Shown piece by piece: positions 55,501 through 64,000 of a stretch of 64,000 nucleotides of DNA. Source of the stretch: Tubulanus polymorphus. Taxonomy: Eukaryota; Animalia; Nemertea. Within the stretch, counting starts at the first letter, position 1. Each line of letters opens with the position of its first letter. The stretch covers positions 5,828,001 to 5,892,000 of the forward strand of contig NC_134029.1 of the NCBI RefSeq assembly GCF_964204645.1, written 5' to 3'. The notes under the pieces were generated by a model that was not told the origin of the DNA, made no database searches, and saw nothing but the letters and a program-made list of their open reading frames with translations. Both the position numbers and the translations under genes were made by a program.

Positions 55501-58500
55501 TTAGTTTGTTAGATTGACTAGCTTATTGTAAGACTAGTCTTAAATTGAAGCATTTCTACATGAATTATGTATAGTTACATCCATCTGGGATATCCTTCAA
55601 GTTGGACTAATTTTCACGAACCAAACAAATTCAACTTGAACCCAGTCTGCTTTACTTATGCGACCTACTTACCTTGAAACCGGGCGGAGGACTGAGCTCT
55701 TTCGGAGGCGACCCGCTCGGCGATACTCGATTCCACGGTTCGGACACTTCAGGACTAACTTCCACCGAACTACTCGACGACCTCGCCGGCGATAGAAGTT
55801 CTTCCGAGGTCTGCGGCGACAAATGTCTTTCGCCGGGATCGGTATTACCGGCGGCATTGCGCTGGGCGGCGTGATTATTACCGCTTTTTCGTATATCCTC
55901 GCTTTGCATGGCGGTCGTCGTGTGCGATTTCGTGTATTTCTTCTTGGCGTTCGTGAAAACGCTCGCCGAGCTCTTGCTGCGGCCGATGTTCAACTTGACC
56001 GGCGACGCGAGCGCGAGCGACGACGACAGCGAATTCGTTGTGCGACGATCGAGCGACCCGGTCGGCGATTGCGAAACCGGCGTAGAGGGCGCCGTCGAAC
56101 ACCGCGACACCGAATATCGCTTGCTCTCGTCGTCGCTGTGAGCCAACGACATTAACCTGTCTTTTTTCAGATCGATCGTATCCGTGCTGCTGCGACTGCG
56201 TTTCTTCAGACTGCGCCGGGCAGCTGATTTCGAAGGCGGCGGTTTGTTGGAGAGGTTCGGCGTCGGAACGTTCTCGGACACCGCGCGTTCCACCTCCGAC
56301 TGAGAATCGCTCATATTGTCGCTGTCTTGCAGCGACAAAAGTAACGTTTCCGATAAACACTTTTGTCGTATGTCATCGCTCGGTATGTGAAGGTTAAATC
56401 CGGTGGCCGACATGCGTTCGGCTAACGTCGGCATTCCGTTATCGGGATTTTCCGTCAAATGCACGATTTGTAAGAATTCCGGTTTGTCGTCTCGGTCGTC
56501 GCTTTTAACATCGTCGTCATCTTCTTCATCGCATTTTAGTTTTACCATCGGCGAACGCGGCGGCAGTTTGCGATCCCAGGCATCGGAGACGGTATCGAGT
56601 TCGGTGGTAACGATGTCCTGACAGGACGGCGCCTCCATCGTATCGCTACTGGACGCTATACAGCTATCGGCTAACGACTGGTCGCTCGGCAGTTCGCGAA
56701 TCATCCCGGGCACCGGCGTTACGAAGTGATGCCGGTCGCGCAGCGAGCCGAGTCCATTACTGTCGACGGAGCCGGCCTCTTCGCTGAGCGGGTGTTTTAA
56801 ACGCGTTATATTCGACGGATGAGTGACCGTGCGTCGAGTCCTACGCAACGTAGCTGTCTGCTCGAGCGAAAGCGGCTCTTTCAAATTCTCCTTCGCTTCG
56901 CGCGCTAACTTATTAAACTGTTCGACTATCGATTGCGCCGTGAACACCGGTTTATGCCGTATGACCGTTTTCCACTGACTGAACGAAACTTTTCCGGCCG
57001 CCGGCACGACTGCGTTCACGTTCTCGGTCGAAGCGTCCGACTCGCCGATGCCTAAACCTTCGTCTTCCGACGATAGTCGATTTTCTGTTTTTACGCACGA
57101 TGAGTTTTCGCGTTTCGTCACGTTATCTTCATCATCTGGTACAGCTTCACTTGTTGATCGCGATGATTCGGTCTGCAATTCAGCGGCGGCTACATCGACT
57201 TCAATATAGCACGGCTGACTCGATTCTGTAATGTAGCTACTTCGCGTACTGCCAGTTGCTAAATCATTAGCTTCGATACCGAGCACGCAGTCTACGGTGC
57301 TTACAACTTGAGCGTTTTTATCCCGCCGACGCGATACCGCATTCGACGAACTGTTTTCAACTGCGCTCTCATTTCCAGCCTCCTGTTCGCTACGATCGCA
57401 ACTCGTCAGATCGGAACTTTCCGACGCGGTCGATCGCGATTTACTATTTTCGACGGTCGACTCGCTCGTGTCGAAACTTTTCTCGACGGTTCGCTCGCGC
57501 TGTAGCATGTGTTTACCGGCGAACGTTTGTTTTTCGATGACTTTCGTCGTGGTCGTGTGCGTGACGATGCTACTGCGGTCGGGTTCCGCGAAATGCGCAG
57601 ACGACGACAGACGATGTCGCCGCGGCAGCGTGTTACTCCTCGTCCTGAATACATCCGCTTGCCACAGCTCGCCGGAGCCTGTCGGAGACATCGAGCGCTC
57701 TCTTTGTATTTTCAAACTCGAATCGTTCATTAAACGCCGAGCCAACGCCTCCGGCGAGAACGACCGACTCGCGCCGCTGATATTGTCATACGAACGCGCT
57801 TGATTTTGTAAATTTTGACAAACGCCTTCGATCGAAATATTTCGAGTGTCGATTTCGGTGCTTTTCGGCCGGTTACCGCCGGTCGCATGCGGCGCGGCTG
57901 TCGGGGCTCGCTTCTTCGATCGTAGTTTATCAGTTAACATTTTCATCGTCTGAATTCGACTAGAGATTTCTGACGAAGGCGAATGAAGAGCCGTCGTCGG
58001 TAGAGAGTTCGATCTCGGCGACAAACACGGCGCCGAAATCGGCGACAACGAACGCGGCGAGTAATGCGCATCTCGACTGTACTTCTTCACGAAGTCGACT
58101 TTCAAAACTTCCAACATATTCCTCAATTCGTCGATGCCCGTCTCGGATTTCAATCCGGTCGGTCGAGCGCCGACTAAATCCCCGGGTACTTTCGGCTTCA
58201 AACGAACCGCGCCCCCAGCAACACCGTCGCATTTCTGCCGCGTTAAATCGCTTGGACAATCAGCCATTTTCGCGTCCGGGTCATCGTCCTCCGTTCCGAC
58301 TGCCTCGCAGAAACTTACCGAACGCTTCTTCGCTTGTACGCGAGATAGCGTATTCGACTTGAAAGAACGCGAGCGCCAGGGTAGTCGGTCGGACATCGTT
58401 TTATCATCAGACTGTACGGTGCTTTCGCTAAGAGTAGATTGTGGCAATCCCCATTTAATGTTGATAACAGCCAATGGAGAATGCGCTCCATGTTCAGACG

Positions 58501-60919
58501 TTATAAACTGGTCCGTTTTACCTAAGGCATGTATAGCCCTCACACTGCTGCTGCTGCTACTGACGGCACTTAATTCATTTTCATTATCGCGCAGTTTAAT
58601 CGCGTGATGTTGCTGAAGGTCGCGGTTGTGACTCTGTTCAGACGGAGGTGAACTACGCGGCACGCCGACGAAATTCAGGTGCGAAAAATGCTGCAACGGA
58701 ATCCCGGCGCTCGAAATTTTCCTCTGTCGCGCTCGACCAAAAACCGGCGACGATATCGACGAACTTTCCGCGGTCGTACGAGCGGGAATCGAAGCCGTAT
58801 ATTCAGCGCTAGTTTCGCTACAATCCGTAGAATCTCGACGCTCGGCGTGGGGAAAATCCGACGAAACTTTTTCAGCGTCGAAAACGCTTTGATTTTCTTC
58901 TTCGGTCGAAGCGACGACGGAATCGATTTGCCCGTCTGTCGGCGAAACTTCCGCGAAAATGCCGCTTAATCCATAATCGCTTTCCGAAGAAAGGTCAGAG
59001 CCGCAGTTATCGCCTGATTCGCAATCGAAATCTGAACGGTTATGATTTTCGCCGTCCGGTTGCTGCCGCGCAAGGCCTACTTCTTTCGGTCCATTTTCGT
59101 CGTCTGAAATGACAGATAAATAATTGCGATGATCAGAACTGAGCGACCAACGCGTTGAGTAACATGCAGGTACGAATTGATCGGTCCAAACACAATATCC
59201 GCGATCCGAATCGCTACCACTACTCGCCGAATCGAAAAGACAACGATTCTCAAGATTCTCAAAGCTACAGTTGTAACCTGGCAAAAGTTTACTACTACAA
59301 GTTACAGAGGAGTTGTCGTCATCTTTCGAAATATCCTGATTGCTGAGGGATGAGCTGCTGCCACTACTAGGCTGGACATACGTAACGAAGTAACCTTCGC
59401 TGATTTGCTGGATGTAAGGGCAAGTAACGAACGTCGGTACTAAATCCTTCAATTCTAAATCAACCAGGCCCGAAACCAACGTATCGGCGACCGAAAAATA
59501 TACCTTTGAAAATTCGTCGGTTTGAACGGTCGGGCTCTGATAGACCGCCGGTGGCGGCTCGATCGAAATCGCCCGATTTAAGATCCAATTTCGAACGAAC
59601 GCGCTTTTAACGCTCGCGTTATCGAAATAGCCTAAATCGGCGGCAGTAGCGATAGAATATTCCTTCAACGACGCTCGCGCCCGAAATCGCTGCGAATCAT
59701 CTTCCTCGGAATAATGTGATGATAAATGATAATGATAATTATGATAATCCGATCGAGCGCTGTTTTTGCTGCCGTTGCCGCTGTTGCATTGTTGTCGATA
59801 TTGACAATTTACATTTTTCAAACAACCTCGGCCGCGGGTGTCATCATCAATTGTAGCTATGCTATGTTGTTGGCGCGGTATACGATCCAGCGATTCTGAA
59901 GACGATGATGTATGGCTGAGTAGGCCTTTTGACCTGTGTACTGTTCGATATAGTTTATCGCTTTTGCCGGCAGTGTTGCCTACAATATGTAGCGTTGTTG
60001 TGAAGCGTGTGGCAGCAGCGGAAGAGAAGGAGGAAGAAGAAAACAGGTAAATCTGACGTGGTGTTTGAGCATGATGATGATAAAACTCACCTAAATTTAG
60101 AACGGTACTACAACATGTACTACGTTCTTCAACAACAGTGGTGTAGGTAGACTGCTGCTGCTGCTGCTGGTACTGAGTTTGTGTTGTTGGAGTAGTTACT
60201 CTCGCCGCAGCTGTATCATCAACTACGCTCACCACATCTGGACTCGGACTCTCGCTATCTGTGTCTTCGATTTCTTCGTCCCTATGACGAGTCAGCTGAC
60301 AGATATGCGTAGTATTTGCAGTATTTTCTAACGATAAAAAGCTATTTGCATCATCTATATCGGGATGACCTCCCGATTCGATATCTATGCTGTCCTCTGC
60401 TGGTGTCAAGCTCTTATTCTCTTTGACAGTGGTGTCGCTGTCGATGTCTTGATGTGACAGATGGCAGGTCTCATTCTCAGCAGTGGTATTTGCAGCATTT
60501 TCTAATGATAAATAGCGATTTGCATCAGGAGCACTTCCAGCAGGTTCGATATATGTGCCAGAATCTGGGGTCAGACTCTTATTCTCTGTCGTGTCGTCAT
60601 CGTCTTGACGACGTGTCAACTGGCAAATCTCTGCATCAGCTAAATCGCAAATTTCATTATCAATATTAGGATCACTTCCCAGTTCGATGTTTGCGCTGGT
60701 GTCTGGTGTCTGGCTCCTGCTGTCTATGTCTTTATCTTGACGTGTCAACGCGCAGATCTTAGCATCAGCAGCATTTTCAAATGATAAATCGCGTTTTTCA
60801 TCTGCATCGTCATACTGAAAATCACTTCCTGGTTCATGTCTAGCGCCGGTCAATACTAAATTGAGAACTCGGTCACTTGGCACGTCTTGGTGCGTCGATT
60901 CTTGTTGTGGTGACGACAT
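43518..60919 (-). CDS. ARHGEF17: Rho guanine nucleotide exchange factor 17-like (about 2623 aa, 21 coding exons)
   Basis: Exons 60919-55673, 53209-53129, 53035-52862, 51487-51371, 49115-49023, 48767-48600, 47453-47403, 47280-47183, 47104-47016, 46878-46662, 46545-46454, 46365-46292, 46207-46002, 45847-45693, 45601-45508, 45425-45339, 45250-45183, 44886-44738, 44643-44469, 44157-43984, 43780-43518, all in phase. DH domain (ELYSVEKEYVESL; IQPAQRIPRYELLL), PH-like (LFSDLLIC), and a beta-propeller with VWVCNSDG, DDIIRQHK, GHTGHVRFL and GRDDSTNHLLLWQV*. Confidence 0.95.
51597..51790. mobile_element. TTAA-flanked MITE (Kolobok-like), copy A
   Basis: Inverted ends TGATACCTTGTTTCTC/GAGAAACAAGGTATCA..AGCCTTAA; reverse-complement match to 53901-54123. 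Confidence 0.7.
52367..52530. mobile_element. PIF/Harbinger-like MITE, family copy 3 (opposite orientation, decayed)
   Basis: TAA-AGCCCTAACAC..., internal GAAACAATGTTTCCAAGATCAAACATG. Confidence 0.65.
53249..53417. mobile_element. PIF/Harbinger-like MITE, family copy 4
   Basis: TTA-AGCCCAACGCAGAC...TTTGGGC, internal GAAACAATGTTTCCGAGATCAAACAT. Confidence 0.7.
53901..54123. mobile_element. TTAA-flanked MITE (Kolobok-like), copy B
   Basis: TTAAGGCTGAAATAAAATGAAACCTTGTTTCTC...GAGAAACAAGG; inverted relative to copy A. Confidence 0.7.
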
Positions 60920-63900
60920 GCGGTTTCTCTTTCATCGAGTAGGTCAAATTTCATAGAAAACTTCCTTGATACTCGAAGAATAAGTTGCCAGTAACTCAGA
61001 TTCTGAAATTAAAAAATAGTACATTAGTTACATATCGATGTTTCGACTGAAAGGTTAATTCCGTATTTTTAAAAAAGTTCTCGTAGCGGGAGATTTGAAC
61101 GCTAAAACTCGGACAGAAAACTCGGGCATCGGTTTACTCTAAAACGAATAATCGTTTTAGAGTCCCTGGCCAAACCGATTACTTTCATCATGTGCAAGCT
61201 TACCTGTCAGAAAGGCAAAATGATTTTACAGAGCGAGTCCCCTTGCAGGCATCAACCCTTTCAGCACCCGAAAGTTGTTCCTCCCTCCCTTGGCAGTGTC
61301 AGGTGGTAAAATAATTTTCTATAATATTCCACGTTGGAAATCAAATCTAGGTAATTATTTTGCGATAAAATGCGCGATGGTATCAGTTTGAGTGATACAA
61401 TCTTGAATATTCACACGTTCGGTTATAGAAATCAGAAGAGTGAAATGTATTAAAGCCGGCTACGGCATTCCGACATATGTTCGATATCCACCTGATTTTT
61501 CTCGTTATTTTTACGCCTCTCACGAACTAGTGATTAATAAGTCACTTCGTTCGGCGATAGATCAGAGGTTGCCGTACTAATGAACTGCGGTATATTTGCG
61601 CGAGTAGATTCGTTGAATTCGATAGATTGATTCCGAGAAACTGTTTTTGGGGGTGGTTAGCAAGTATTTGTCTGTCGTAATCTTATATATATGACCGTGT
61701 TCGTCGACATCAGAATATTGGTCACTGCTAAAAAAAATGCAAAATCACTGTCTACTACATTTTGTATCAAATTTTTGCAAATTCAAAGATCAAATGCTCT
61801 CAAAATTGAATATTGCGAAAAACATATATTTTAATGGAATACGCCCACAAATAATAAATGATACTGATTTGAATTTCAATGGTTCGTTCATTACTGAGAC
61901 TGAAATGTGTACTTCGATCGGCAATTTTTCAACAGGTGCCCGTTGCTTGCAGGTCCACGATGTCGCACTATTTGTGACGTCACTCCAGACAGACACTACA
62001 TATTGCATTGATGGCTACAAGGTATTCCGATTGACACATGATGACGGAGATTTGTTAGAAGGGCATGTTCTCTTGGTGGGAAGACCCGTGAGCATCGGAC
62101 TCTCCGGGATATCACGTAAGAAACCATGAACGCGAGCCGTGATCAACTCTACAATGCTCCAACAAAATTGCAATCATTCGAAAAAATTATGTTCTGCTGG
62201 GCATAACCTCAGTCGTTTCCACTGGTATTTCACGTAAAGTAAACATTTCGAAATATTCAGCGAAACAGAATCAAAAACTACCGAGCCGTAAATGTGAGAT
62301 TGCTGGTAGGGAAAATAATTTTAGCTAAAGGGAAATCAAAATTATGTCCTGTTTCAAAATCCAGTTTCCAAAAAAACTACCGTGATCAATTATTGAAATG
62401 AGTGTTTTAGTATAGGTGGTACAAATATAACGTACATAGTTCCCACAAGAACCACTGTTTACTTGGTGGCAGCACCTTCTTTAAAGCAAGTTTTCTTATC
62501 AGGTTTACCGTTGTTAATAGGCTACCAGTTTTTTCGTCCCTCGTCCATCCGCATATTGATAAAATCTGACTAAGTGCGGATCTGTAAATAAAGAACAATC
62601 TGACCTCGTCTCGAAAAGATTCATTTACGAAATTTAGTTTCACCCACAAATATTGCTTTCCTCGTAAACAGGCAGGGTGGTACCGAAAATTACAGCCCTA
62701 TTTTTCAATTGTTAGTGCACAATATGAAAATGCCTAATATCTGCGACCATTTTAAACCCTACCGCTGATAATAACACCGAAAAAAAACAAATCCTTTCTC
62801 AACTTTGTCATCAATCGGTCAAAACGGTTTTAATGTGTGGTTTTTCTTCAAGCATAACACCGCTACTAGAATGTAACAAATCAAGTGATTTATGTGAGGA
62901 ATGCGGCGATAAAGTTATATCGCAATAAAAATCATCCGTAGATCTTCTCTGCTCCTACATCGAACTATCAAAAACCTTGAACCCGTCGGCATCCCGACCA
63001 TAAAATCTGAATCACACATGGGCTTCACTTATCCCGCCGATAAAACTGTCGGTATATTTCGCGGTTGCGAGAGAATTGTAAGAACAGTTTTTCTGACATG
63101 ATTCCCGGCATTTTACCGAGAGGCTGTATACTATAATTAATCATAGGTTAATTTACTAGTGCAACAGAGAATAGAAGCCGTATTAAAGTCGTTTACGCCA
63201 TATCAGGAACTCCGCAAGCCGTATAACTTCACCTCCTATACCAACCAGATACCTTAACCTTAATAATATAAATCGCCTCTAGATAAAAGTATGGCCCGTT
63301 GAGTCTTATAATCCCCTTGAACACAATACAACCATTTGTTTCTTGCAATTGTGCAGTTTCACCCGCCGCCAAATATTCAATTCATTAGAAATGAGATAAA
63401 AGACCTGATCAAATATTTCTGCATCAGCTGTAGTTTCTGAAAGCTGTCTGACTGGTGAATGTTATTAACATAAAGAATCAGATCGTACGTGATTTCTATC
63501 TCTTATAGCCTGTACTTTTTGTACGAAATAAAGGCTCATCATCACTGTAAATACGAAGCCATTGTCGCATCAGATTTACTTGTAGAGTTCAAATGGGGAG
63601 ATATGCCAAGAACTTGATCCCAAACGGAATTACCTGATATCAGGATCACTACAAGTTATAGATTATAAATTTCAATCTTTTCCAATGAACATAGCTTGAA
63701 TATATTCTTCCATCTGAATTGCCCCCGAGGAGAGAAAAAGTGAACAATTTTAGCGAGTAGCCTCATTAAGACCCGATCTTACATAACCATTAGGAAGCAC
63801 GTGTACAAGAGTGAGAAAAAATACAACGTTTCGATTGAATAAACTCGAAGAGCCGGTTACAGTTATTAGGAATGCGTAACAGCAGACGCCAGGTGAATGA

Positions 63901-64000
63901 AGTGAAGGCACATTAACAAGTGCTAGTGTAAATAGTTTGTTGAAATACAGGTAGTTCATTCAAAAAAAGAATAAAACAGACACTTCGGCAACCGAGGAAT

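Noticed and set aside
55674-60669. Many + strand and alternative-frame ORFs over the giant exon
   Set aside because: These are shadow ORFs of a GC-rich, Ser/Arg-rich coding exon with no domain features.
61071-61115. VLVAGDLNAKT resembling a LINE endonuclease motif
   Set aside because: It is a single short motif with no flanking ORF support.

Overview
AT-rich, intron-containing animal genomic DNA, most likely from a marine invertebrate (lophotrochozoan-like; species not identifiable from sequence alone). I rebuilt three spliced genes by hand from GT-AG junctions with consistent phases: mitochondrial Lon protease LONP1 (+, 20 exons, 6855-23902, with an 8.4 kb last intron), synaptotagmin-4/11 type (-, 4 exons, 32103-41404) and ARHGEF17-type RhoGEF (-, 21 coding exons, 43518-60919, including a 5.3 kb exon). 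Upstream lies a decayed Mutator-type transposon encoding a PHD finger, a vertnin-like OTU protease and a DDE transposase; its repeat-rich terminus ends 17 bp before the LONP1 ATG. The top observation is in the presumed Syt4 3' UTR. Within about 310 bp there are three sites with seed plus extensive 3' complementarity and a central bulge to miR-375, miR-92 and miR-315, the architecture of target-directed miRNA degradation (TDMD) triggers. Nearby are four clustered miR-278 sites, K-boxes and Pumilio elements. miRNA sequences are recalled conserved consensus, not this species' own, and the UTR extent is inferred.
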